NCBI RefSeq assembly: GCF_037042905.1
Contig: NC_087250.1
Location: forward strand, 14,138,001-14,202,000
DNA length: 64,000 nt
Direction of reading: 5' to 3'
DNA from: Lytechinus pictus
Taxonomy: Eukaryota
The position numbers and the translations under genes are program-made. The notes beneath the pieces are model-generated. The model had not been told where the DNA came from, searched no databases, and worked only from the letters and a program-made list of their open reading frames with translations. Positions 25,339 through 37,441 of the stretch are shown in pieces (the first letter of the stretch is position 1; each line of letters starts with the position of its first letter).

Positions 25339-27780
25339 CCCGGGGGGGGGGGGGGCACTCAGTATATAATGCATAGTGGGTATGTGCCGCGGAGGGGACC
25401 CCCATTTTTACACTCAAATTTCCGCTCCAAGGCATAGCATTTCCTTCTTATCGAGAAAAAAAAAAAAAAGAAATTCGTTCCAAAGCTTCGCATATTTTTC
25501 GTATGTAACGCCATTCCGGTCGCATTGATTTGCTACAAGGAGCTGCAATTTGGTGAAAAGCGGCCGTAGAGCGCTTTTCGACCATCGCCTTAGTCCAGAT
25601 TGGACCTTGTTGTTTGGAAGTGCTTTTTCCCAAAGCTAACATAGAGGGCACATGTCTCCCACTCTCTAATCAGCGCCAATCCACTCATCTTCCCTCCCCA
25701 ACAAGGTCCAGTACAAAACTTTGCTGTACCAGAAAAGCTAGGCATCAATCAAACAAGTTACACGGTAGGGGGTCAGGTGCCCTAGTCTCACACACCAAAC
25801 AAGACACATTTTTACCCAAAACAACTTCACCTCAAACAGGGTGAAAAATGCAAAGTTGTGTTGTTGTTTTTTACACTGTAAACATAAGGCTCCGTGTTCA
25901 TGCACTTAAAAAATATCTATTCAGCGCCTTCCTCTCTCGCCAAATGATTCCACCCATGAACCAAGTATCAAAGTTTGAATAAGTAGACTACACCAGTCAC
26001 AAGGAGGCAACAGCTGGTAAACATCTCTGGCTCAGGCAGCATCAACAGATCCTGGCCCCCACCCCCATCGTGGTCAATGGGCAGTGGAGGGTCAGGGGAA
26101 ACCAGACCAGTGGCCTACAGGTACGACTAGTCTCTTGTACCAAACTTTTGCCTCCACTCAAATACAAGTTTACCCCCAAGGACGATGAAAATACACAGAT
26201 GTGACCGATGTTCTACAGAATAGACATATACCACCATGATAATTTGATATTCACATTTTGTTCTATTGAAATGTTTTTTCTCTTACCCAATGATTTCATC
26301 CGTGGAATAAGTATTACAGTTTATAAGACTAGACTACGAAAACCAGGACCCTGTTGCTTCCATGAAATGACCTCCTGACCTCCATGATAAGGGGCAGTCA
26401 GTGGTTGTTGTATATGGAGCTATATATAGCATCATGGTTTGGACATGGTTTGATATGCATGTGTTTGCAGTGTATTCCATACTATGGACATCCATGTCCA
26501 TACCCAGCTAACTATATATAATAACATTCATGAAAGATCCTAGAAATGCTTTCAAAAGAAATTTTTAAGAACATTTGTATAACATTAATGAAACAATATT
26601 CCCCTGATGTTAAACATGAAATAAACGTTAATATTATGATCATCCACTCACTATTTCTTTTGTATTTTATTTATATGAAATATGAAATATTTTTATTTTA
26701 TCGTCATTGTCATGTGAAACAAAGTCTCATTCCTCCCTGAACTTCCATTATTTTAACATTTTGTGGTTCAAGCAAGGGGATCCTAATTGTCGAATTCGTA
26801 AAAATTGAAATATTGTATTATTCAAACAATAAAAAGCAAAAAAAATAGTGAGTGAGTGACATCATCGACTCTCTCATTTGCATATTACTGAGTTGAGCAT
26901 AGAACTGTTTTGTGAAAAATAAGCGAAACTTTAAAATGTCATAACTTTTTTATTTTACATCCGATTTTGATTAAGTTTTCAGCGTTATTCATGTTTGAGT
27001 TCTCTATTTATTCAAATCAACCTTATTCTGGGGTGGACTTGACCTTTAAGATTTGAGAGGTATAAGGCCGTTCATTGGATAGAAGAGATTTCGCAAGCGC
27101 ACGCAAGCTTTGTTACACTTAAATACAAGTTAAAAATATGGTATAACTCGAAAAAAATATCAACATCATTTCGCATTTGTAAACACCAGATGAAGGCGGA
27201 AAGTGCATTGCAATTTTTATAACAATAATGGTGATGTCTATGAAGTATAAGACATGTCTGAAATGATCAAAAGTATAGTTTTGCATCATCATGATTCATC
27301 TGTCGGGCCTGGTGCCCTCCTGTTGCTGCCCCGTTCATATCCAAATTATATTATAAAAACGAAAAAAAAAATGAGTTCAATATTTTTTTTCAAAATTTTG
27401 GGAAAACAAAATAAAAAACATTTTTCAAGAATGTTGAACTAAAACATTTTGAGAACATATTTTCATAACTTTTATAGAACCTTTAATGCTATTATCATTA
27501 AATTTTACCAAAGTTTTAAGATAGTATTTTTTATATCTATTTACCGTAATTATAGAGATATTATAGTAAAATTTTATTTTGTTTCTAAAAATTATGATAT
27601 CATAAAAACATCAAAATATGAATGTTTGTTGTACAATTCATTAGTACTTCAGGAAAACATTAGAAAACCTTTTTTTTTTCAAAAATGTTTAGTTATTACA
27701 AACATATATATATATTATCATAATTTTGTGGGAAAGTTTGTTATTGTCACACCATGGCATGATAATTATTCGTTTCTTAA

Positions 27781-28363
27781 AGGACAAGTCCACCCCATAA
27801 AAAGTTGATTTGAATAAAAAGAGAAAAAATCCAACAAGAATAATACTGAAAAATTAAATCAAAATCAGAAAGTTATGACATTTTTAAGTCTCGCTTTATA
27901 ATTTTCACAAAACAGTTATATTCACATCTTGGACAGGTATGCAAATGAGGGGACTGATGACATCACTCACTATTTCTTTTGTATTTTATTATATGAAATA
28001 TTGAATATTCCAATTATATCCCTGTTGTCCTGTGAAACAAAGTTTTGTTCCTCCCTGAACACGTGGTATTACCTTTGTTTTAACAATTTATGGTTCGATC
28101 AATTCGGTCCTTATTGTCAAATCTGTAAAAATTGAAATACATTTTATAATTCAAACAATATCATACAAAAAATGGTGAGTGAGGGACATCAACTCTCTCA
28201 TTTGCATGTCCGAGTCGTGCATATAACTGTTTTGTGAAAAATAATGGAAACTTCGTAACTTTCTCATTTTACTTCAGATTTTGATGAAATTTTCACCGTT
28301 GTGCTTGTTAGAGTTTTTCGCTATTTATAAAAATTCAAAAATTTTCTAGGGTGTACTTGTCCT
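27781..28363. mobile_element. TTAA-flanked AGG...CCT MITE (Kolobok-like)
   Basis: TTAA|AGGACAAGTCCACCCC ... GGGTGTACTTGTCCT|TTAA. Other copies at ~26640-27046 (partial), ~59740-60340, 61234-61826, ~62001-62239 (partial) and ~62751-63343. Confidence 0.85.
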
Positions 28364-28879
28364 TTAAAAATGATATCATAAAAATGTCAAAATTAGGATG
28401 TTTCTGATTCATTTTTCAAACATTTTTTTTTTACATTGGAAAAGCATTTCTAAAAATAAGTTTTGTTAAAATATTTGAGAAGCATAATCATAATCATGAC
28501 ATTTCGAGAATGATGTTTTATGCTATTGTCATATTCTACCAACATTATTTTTTTCACATAATGTATAACATTATAAAAACGATGATAGTAAAATGAATTT
28601 ATTTCTTAAATGATCAGATGATGTTATATCATAAATATGTATTAAAACAATATTTTTTCTCTTTTTTAGTGAAAATATTATAAAGCAGTTTCAGTTATGA
28701 CATTCTAAGAACGTTTGATGTCATTGATATGATACTAGTATTACAACCTTTTAAAACTAGCACATCAATGATGTGGAGTTCATCCAGCATCTCGCAACGA
28801 TATTTAACACAATTTCAGCCCAGTTGACGTCACTGTAGTGAATTATATTGGTGACTCAAATTGAGGATATAGAATTGAA

Positions 28880-29970
28880 ATTAATGAAGAAATTACATAG
28901 AAGCTTTTTTGTGATCTATGAATAAATTTTATATAAATTAGCATGAATAATTTTCTAGTCAACATTTCTAAACTCTGTGTAGAACCTTGGTGAACCTCAT
29001 GTAGCTCTCAGATTGAACAAAAATAATCAACAAATAAATAAGTTATTTTTTTTAGTTGAAAATATATAAATAACTAAGCATATTTCATGAGTTTCAAAAT
29101 TCTGTGTTGAAATTTTGTATCACCACCTAAAGCGATCATATAAAGCAAAGAAAATTAAAATTGATCAACAAATGATGTACAGGTTTGGTGAACCTCATGC
29201 AGATCTACCAGATGGAGAAAAAAAATCAAAATCGGTAAACAAATAAGAAGACGCATTTCCTGTTGATTCATGAATAAATTTCGCATAAATTAGCATAAAA
29301 TTTTTCCTAGTCAAAATTTCAAAATTCTGTGTAGAAATTTGGTGAACCTCATGAAGTGCTACCAAAAGGAAGCCGAAATAGGTCAACAAATAACGAAGGA
29401 GAAGCATTTTTTTGTGAATTTTGAAAAATGCGCATAAATTAGCATATTTAATGAGTTTCAAAATTCTGTGTAGAAGGTTTGAATCCCCCACCTAATGCTA
29501 TCATATTAAAAGCAAACAGAATTAAAATCAGACTTGAAATGACGAAGCGGGCAGCGTTTTGAAATTCAGTCAACAAATAAAGAAGAGGCATTTTCTGTGA
29601 TTTATGAATTTCGCATAAGTTAGCATAAATAATTTCTACTCCGGCCAAATTTCAAAATTTTGTGTAGAAGTTTGGTGACCTTCATGAAGCTCTACCAGAT
29701 GGAAGCAAACAATTCAAAATCGGTCAACTAATTAAGAAGAAGCATTTTTTTGTGAATTTTTAAAAATGCGCATAAATTAGCATATTTAATGAGTTTCAAA
29801 ATTCTATGAAGAAGTTTTGAATCCTCTACCTAGTGCTATCATATAAAGCAAACAGAATTGATTCCGGACTAGAAATGGCGAAGAAGAAGCATTTTGAAAT
29901 TGTGGACGGACGCCACGCCACGGCATAAGCTCGAGTCATCTAGCCCTTCGGGCCGGATGAGTTAAAAATC
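28880..29970 (+). mobile_element. Helentron-associated/pearl-type element with tandem core repeats
   Basis: Repeated tttcaaaattctgtgtagaa..ggtgaacctcatg cores (dimeric, ~310-bp period), then GGACGGACG and the hairpin tcatctagcccttcgggccggatga followed by an A-run. Confidence 0.6.
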
Positions 29971-32736
29971 ATAGATCCCAATAACTTTATCAAAATGTCA
30001 GCAAAATACAAAAAAATGTTAAAATTATACTACTAAAAATAAGGATGTTTCTAATACATTTTAAAATATTTTTGGAAATTATATTTCAAAAATGTTTTGT
30101 TGAACGGTTGATGTTATTGTCATAATATTCTTACAACATTTTTAAAATGTTTATTTTACATCAAATGTATAACCTTACAAAAATGTTAGTAGTATTATCA
30201 AGTTTCTGAAAAAATTATATTCATATCATCATAAAACATTGAAAAACATGTTAATGATACATTTAATTAACGCTTTTGAAAAATATTAGGAATTTTTTTT
30301 TTCAAGAACGTTAAGTCAAAATGATACATAAACATATAGTTTCATAACATTTATTATCACATCCAATGTACGTACATGTATATAACATTATAAAATTGTA
30401 TATCTGTTTTGTTTCTCAACAATTTATGTTAAAATTATCAGGATGTTTCTAATATATTTTTTAAAGTTAACATTTTGGAAAACACTTGAAAACATCCAAG
30501 AATGCTTTGTTGAGATGTTGTAAAACCATATTTCATATCGATCATTTAATTTCAAGTATTCTAACAACATTTTCAAAATGCTATTTTTACATCCAATTCA
30601 TGTACATGTAGATGTCAATAAAATGTTATTGTGTTCCTATCAAAATGTTAATTCAATATGCAAAAACGGCAAAATTATCATGTATCTACTATATTTAAGA
30701 AAATCATAACATTATCAAAAATGTTTTGTCGAAATATTTTGAAAACAAACATTCATGACTTTTTTATCATCATCATAGTCATAACATCGAACGTTTGAAA
30801 AAAAAAATATTCACATTAATTATGTAACATTATAAAAACGTTAGAAAAATATCATTTGTGTCTTAAGAATGTTTTTTTTTCATCAACTATGGGTAAAGAT
30901 CTATGTAACATTTAGGAAAATATATCTGCTTGGCATCATGATATTAACGTTTATTTCATGTTTAACATCAGGGGAATATTGTTTCATTAATGTTATACAA
31001 ATGTTCTTAAAAATTTCTTTTGAGAGCATTTCTAGGATCTTTCATGAATGTTATTATATATAGTTAGCTGGGTATGGACATGGATGTCCATAGTATGGAA
31101 TACACTGCAAACACATGCATATCAAACCATGTCCAAACCATGATGCTATATATAGCTCCATATACAAAAACCACTGACTGCCCCTTATCATGGAGGTCAG
31201 GAGGTCATTTCATGGAAGCAACAGGGTCCTGGTTTTCGTAGTCTAGTCTTATAAACTGTAATACTTATTCCACGGATGAAATCATTGGGTAAGAGAAAAA
31301 ACATTTCAATAGAATAAAATGTGAATATCAAATTATCATGGTGGTATATGTCTATTCTGTAGAACATCGGTCACATCTGTGTATTTTCATCGTCCTTGGG
31401 GGTAAACTTGTATTTGAGTGGAGGCAAAAGTTTGGTACAAGAGACTAGTCGTACCTGTAGGCCACTGGTCTGGTTTCCCCTGACCATCCACTGCCCATTG
31501 ACCACGATGGGGGTGGGGGCCAGGATCTGTTGATGCTGCCTGAGCCAGAGATGTTTACCAGCTGTTGCCTCCTTGTGACTGGTGTAGTCTACTTATTCAA
31601 ACTTTGATACTTGGTTCATGGGTGGAATCATTTGGCGAGAGAGGAAGGCGCTGAATAGATATTTTTTTAAGTGCATGAACACGGAGCCTTATGTTTACAG
31701 TGTAAAAAACAACAACACAACTTTGCATTTTTCACCCTGTTTGAGGTGAAGTTGTTTTGGGTAAAAATGTGTCTTGTTTGGTGTGTGAGACTAGGGCACC
31801 TGACCCCCTACCGTGTAACTTGTTTGATTGATGCCTAGCTTTTCTGGTACAGCAAAGTTTTGTACTGGACCTTGTTGGGGAGGGAAGATGAGTGGATTGG
31901 CGCTGATTAGAGAGTGGGAGACATGTGCCCTCTATGTTAGCTTTGGGAAAAAGCACTTCCAAACAACAAGGTCCAATCTGGACTACCATCGCCTAAGCGA
32001 GAGCGCACCCGGCGGAGGCCGCGCTAGCTGCGTCATGCACGATAGCCCGTTCCATAGGGATGCATACGCACTCACAGAGATACGGAGATCCGTTCCGAGG
32101 ACCCCCGTTTTCACAAACATTTGTAGTTCCGAAGCCCGTTCCGAGGACCCTCCTTTTTACAATAAGCCCGCTCCAAGGCCCCCGTTTTTTGCCTCGCCCG
32201 CGGCACACCCCTACCACTTTTTTGGTCGAGTGCCCCCCCCCGGGGGGCGTGTGAAGCAACATGAGAGTTGCGACGCCTGACCCACAATTATCGGGAGTCT
32301 GGTGACATAATGGGGGGCGATGCCCGTATGTCGATAACACCTGTGTATTAGCGGGAATTTTCCTTGCAGGTGCGTGAGCCGGCGAATCATGAAATTGCCG
32401 GTGACTCTCCGAGGTGTGAGATGGCGAATGTCTGCTTTACCTGCCCGGTGCTTGACACGGCGGTTTTAGCTGACAGAGACCATGAGGATAAAAATCCGTG
32501 ATGCTCGAGGGCGTTCTGTTGCAACATGAAGTTACGACGCCTGGCCATCGGCACAATAATTAGAAAGAAAGGTCTGCCCGCGAAGCGGGGTTAGCAACCT
32601 AGACTTTCTTCTTCTTCCTCTTCTATGCGGCCCCCGCCGGGGGGGCAGGAGAGGGCACAAGAGACAGGGGGACGTGATGTCTTGCATGAGAAAAGTCACC
32701 CAAATCTGATCAAGCCGGTTAGGCACATGAACGCTA

Positions 32737-33214
32737 ATTCCACGGTTCCACCTTTAAGGGCACGTGGACGCGATTCCACGGTTCCACCCTGATCAGATAA
32801 TCGTGAGATTGACGGGGTCGAGCTCATGTGTCTCTAGCGACTAGGGGCTGGTAGCCCTTTGCTAATGCTCCCTGAAGGAGACTGACAAAGCATCGAGCCT
32901 AGTCTGTGCCGGGAAAAGAGTCCCATGCTCTTAACCCGGACTTGTTGGACCCGATAGCCGGTGGGTCAAGCAGCCCTGGAGGAGTGAGGTTTTCTATACT
33001 AGTAAAACACTCCCCAAGATAGGTTCAGGTCCCGTCGAGGGAGCCTTGGCTAGCACCTTTCAGGCACGTGGCCGCAGCGCCACGGTTCCACCCTAAAACG
33101 CTCGGGCACGTGGGCGCGGTTCCACGGTTCCACCCTCTTGGGCACGTGGACGCAACTCCACGGTTCCACCCTCCTTTTTCCAGGGCACGTGGACGCAAAC
33201 CACGGTTCCACCCT
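32737..33214 (+). repeat. Clustered ~32-bp repeat GGCACGTGG-N7/8-CCACGGTTCCACCCT
   Basis: Copies at ~32759, 33063, 33105, 33141 and 33184, plus a partial copy at ~32740. Confidence 0.8.
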
Positions 33215-34086
33215 TTATAGAGCCCATCGCAAAGGGTCTCACTCTCTTGCCCTCATACTCACCGCCGCTGATCACGGGAACAAAATACCATGTCTGGTTC
33301 TCTCCCAGCGGCAGGTTTGGAGTCATCAAGAGACGAGTCAAAAGAGCTCATCTATACCTGGTAAGTTCTTAGCCTGAAAGAACAAAAGGAGGGTCGAAAA
33401 CAGAGAGGGGGCGGAGGGGTGGGTGGGCAAGAAAGGTGACAAAGCAAGATCCTTTTCAGAAAATATCAGTAATGAAAACAGGACCGACTTCTTAAACATG
33501 AGATCAAACAAAGTTAAGAAGCTGAAGTGAGAAAAAAAAACTAATATTTTTTTTTCTTTTTTTCCCCAACCAATTACACGTATACCTGACGTTAATTAAT
33601 TAAAAACGGAAAGCGTCTAAGTCCAAGACGAAGAGCAGGATCAGCAAAGAAAAACAAAACACAAGTTTTTTTTTTTTTTTGACAAAGGTCAAAATAAATA
33701 AGTAAAGGAGCTGATCTGAAAGGAAGAAGTAAAAACTTACTTCCCTTAAACTGGAAAGCCGAAAACTCATTAGCGAAAACAAAGGATGCTAATAGAGAAC
33801 AGGGGGGGCTTCCCAAAAAATGTAAGAATTTTTTTTTTAAGACAATAAGTCTAAAAAAAAAATTCAATACAAAATAATTATTAAAACCAAATAATAATTA
33901 AACAATTAACCAATTAGTTAATTAAACAATTAATTAATTCATTAATTAAATCAATCAATGGAAGCGAATTCTCAACATTTTTATTGAGAAAATTTTCTGA
34001 CAGTTTAAAAGCAATTACAAAAAAGAAGTTACGCTAAATGCCTATCTAAAAACCACAACTAGTATAATAAAATGAGACACTGAGCC

Positions 34087-34340
34087 GTCGGGCATGGTGG
34101 CTCAATGGTAAAGCGTCTGTCTCATGAACGGGAGGTCGTGGATTCGATCTTCGGCCGAGTCATACCAAAGACTTATAAAATAAATGGGACCTTCTGCCTT
34201 CTTGCTAGGCGCTCAGCATTTAGAAGGGAGAAGGGTAATAATAACATATTATATTATGCAGGGTTCGCGGGTAGAGCAGTTTCCTAACTGAAGTGGCTAC
34301 TCTAGGTAAATAAATCATTATTTTTATATATCATTATTAT
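34087..34340 (+). mobile_element. tRNA-derived SINE (Meta-domain-like body)
   Basis: A box TGGCTCAATGG, B box GATTCGATC, body GGCCGAGTCATACCAAAGAC..TGCTAGGCGCTCAGCA, AATAAA and (TTA)n tail. Confidence 0.8.
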
Positions 34341-35244
34341 CATTAGTACTATATAAAAATGTATTGATTGCATTACGGCCAAATTCTGAGCATATACTAT
34401 AAGTGAGATATAATAAACAACTTGAAAAGACAAACCGTGTATCGAATAGCCTGTGTATTACAAGTATGCTGGATAGCGAGTCATATCTTAGTTGATCGAA
34501 ACATATATTACTACTACAGTAACGCAATATTTCCTTTTCCTAATTTTTTCTAATTACCTAAAAAAAAGAAACCAACGGTAAGATGGCATTCCTTGTTTGT
34601 AATGGTGACACTTTTTTAAAACTTTTGGTTGCATGATTTACGCGTGTGTTTTGATACACTTGAATGTAACGACCTGCCGTTAGTTTGTTACAATTTTGAT
34701 AAACCCAATGTTGTGAGTAAACGACTATGAGTTATTATGTAGATTTAGGGTTTCATTTATCATATGTATCAAAGTTTTGGAGAACATATCGATTTTTACA
34801 TTTCTAACAAGAATCTACAAAAAATAGCCCAAAATTTAATTGATTTAATTGTATTTTATGTTTTTTAATTCTTATGTATGTATTTGTTTTTTATTGTTTT
34901 TAATGACCTTTGTCAGGAACCCTTTTGTGATCATGAATAACATAAAATTAATTCGTCTAAACCAACAAAAGTAAAAATAATCATACATTCATGACTTTTG
35001 GTTGAAAACACAATTTGCATTGACTTTGTACACGGAATCACATTTAAAAAAAAATCAATTTTGGGAAATGCACTTACAAAATATTGCGTGATTTTGAAAC
35101 CGCTTACCCGGACGTCGCTAATTTGGTCTCAATAGAAGCACAATACTTGAAACTAAAAGGTTAGCGAGGAATTAAAACAAAAAATTACATAGGAGAGAGC
35201 AGTATATGCATAAAACAAAGGCATGATTTGACATTGGGTTAATG

Positions 35245-37069
35245 CAGGGGCGGATCCAGCTCCCGCCAATAGGGGGCGGGGCCGAATTTTTTTCACCAAT
35301 ATTCTCCCCGATCGGCCGCTAAAAGTTTTTTTTTTTTCTTTGAATGGGTTGTCCCGTTGGCGTAATGAGCCTAAAATTTGGAGGGGGCTCGATACGGCGT
35401 ATGGCGTAAAATTATTAAGAAGTTGCGAGCGAAAAATCAAAGTTTGTGATAGATTTTGACATAACATTTGCAAAATAATAGACCTATATTTTACCCTTAT
35501 CCCTTTCCTTTTCTCTTTTTTTTTGGTCGTGATTTTTTTTTTAGGGGGGGGGGGGCAAAACGCCGTTGTCCTAACATTTATTTCTTAGCTTTATTCTTAT
35601 AAAACAACATAAAAAGTGTAATAATCTCATTAGCCCTATTTAAATAGTGCGAGCGCGAAGCGCGAGCTGATATTTTTTGGAATTTCATGTATTTTGTCCT
35701 GAAAATTGAATATTCTGGGCAATGTTTGTGAACCTGAAAAAGATGCGTATGTAACTAGATAATAACTTTTAATATGGGTTCTGGCTTGATCGGAAAGGGA
35801 CCTGTTGAGGACGTTTTGCAGTTAGCCACGAAGACGATACATATTTCAACTTTTGAATAATGCCAGCGTGAGCTGAATTTTTTTTGACATTCCGACATAG
35901 GAAATTGACATTCCAAGCACTTTTTGTAATCATTAACGGTATAGATATAAAGCCAAACAATTGATGCGAGCGCGAAGCGCGAGCAGAAGAAATGAGATTT
36001 CAGACCTAAGAATGGGACACCCTATTCATGTTTTGCAAATCATGAAAGAGGATGGGTAATTTGGTATCTTTCTACATTAAAATTGCGAGCGCAAAGCGCG
36101 AGCAGAAAATTTTTGATGTTCTGATCTGAAACTTTGATAATTTTAGGGTAATTTAATTTTAGATAATCATAATTTTAATCTAAAGCACTGTGTAGGGGAA
36201 TTGTGAAGAGGATGTGGATAGCACTTAATAAATGATGCGAGTGCAAGGCGTGCGCTGATATCATTATTATTTTGACCTAGGACCTGGACATTCAAGGCCT
36301 ACGGGCATTTTGTCATCATATGAAAATGATGGCTATCTTTCTATTCCTCTTCCTAAACGCGATATGAAACTTGTCGAAATTCCTTTCTGAAAAAGGGACA
36401 ATTCAATTATTGGGAATTCATGAAAATGTTACTATCATATTTAGTAATGTAATAAGCCTAATAAGTAAAATCTTTTGACATTTAGGCTTGAAAACTTAAT
36501 ATTTCAAGCACTTTTGTATCATGAATAGGATTTATGAGTTGATATATTTTCAACAATAATGCTAGCGCAAATCGCGAGACGAAATTTTTGATAAACTGTC
36601 ATAAAAGGAGGATTTTAAGTAGTCTGTTACAGAATTGATATATAAAGAATCTTATGGAATAAACAAAGACAATATGTAGGCCTACTTGGCACATCAAGTA
36701 ATGCGAGTGCACGGTGCAAAAAGCTGCAAATGATATTCACACAATAAAACGGACATTTTACAAAACACTTAAAAAATCAATTTGTAAATCAAACAAAATA
36801 ATGAAAGCTCGATGTCCGAGCTGGAGTTGTATATTGACTTCAAAACTTGATATTTTAGGCTACGTATCAGCCTATTGAGCAAGATATGTATTTCATCGAA
36901 CAGGCTATGCGAGCGCGAAGCGCAAGCAAACATTTTGTTTTAGTGACATATGAACTATATTTTTTACTAATTTTCCAAGTCTTCCTCTTACCTTATTTTA
37001 TTCACTCGTCTCCCTCCTCCTATTTTCCTCTTCTTTTTTCCTCCTTTCTTTCCCCTGGATCCGCCTATG
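35245..37069. mobile_element. GGCGGATCC-terminal hAT-like element, both ends present
   Basis: CAGGGGCGGATCCAG ... CTGGATCCGCCTATG. Imperfect flanking duplication (ggttaatg / gttaattg). Multiple GCGAGCGCGAAGCGCGAGC palindromes. Confidence 0.75.
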
Positions 37070-37225
37070 GTTAATTGCATTAAACGGACACTACAAGAAA
37101 ACTTTCATAATTGGTAAAGAAACATATTTATGTTTATACCTGCATTAATTTAAATACAATCTGATCTGATATTTTGAATGTTACAGCGAATACTGTACAA
37201 GATTCACTTTTTTTCTAAAAATTAC

Positions 37226-37441
37226 CTTGTTTCGGCTGCAGATCTGTTTCTCTCCTTCGACCTCTATCACTCTGGCATACTTTATGTACCTCTGATGATT
37301 AAAATTGTTGGCTATTCCAAGATTGTGGCAGTCTCGGGCAAAGTAATCCCATTTGTCCACATCAATGCCATTCCTCTTGTTTGCCACTATCTCATAGAGG
37401 AAGCCTTTTTCACGCCCTCGTCCTTTGTAACGCCACACATT
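37226..37441 (-). CDS. SAMHD1: SAMHD1-like dNTP triphosphohydrolase, internal exon A (216 nt, phase 0/0)
   Basis: Translates [72 protein letters not shown], matching the SAMHD1 segment [41 protein letters not shown]. Acceptor tttgtAG at 37442-3, donor GTaat at 37225-4. Confidence 0.95.

Larger units (their letters stand above)
25591..31985. mobile_element. 6.4-kb non-autonomous DNA element with ~1.05-kb TIRs, TAG...CTA ends and 9-bp TSD
   Basis: 25591-26640 is the near-perfect reverse complement of 30935-31985; CCATCGCCT at 25582-25590 and 31986-31994. Confidence 0.9.
25339..32244. mobile_element. CCCGGG-terminal MITE (~510 bp net) with 9-bp TSD, split by a 6.4-kb insertion
   Basis: CCCGGGG..GCACTC / GAGTGCCCC..CCCGGG termini; GGGCGTGTG at 25330-25338 and 32245-32253. 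Confidence 0.9.

Noticed and set aside
25614..25844. 76-aa ORF present three times (also 31732-31989 and 58666-58896)
   Set aside because: Its recurrence reflects the repeated TIR; non-ATG start in this copy and no recognisable domain.
32737..33214. CRISPR-like array
   Set aside because: Spacers are 4-12 nt or irregular, the context is eukaryotic, and there are no cas genes.
34090..34160. tRNA gene
   Set aside because: No proper acceptor stem, and it continues into a SINE body and tail.
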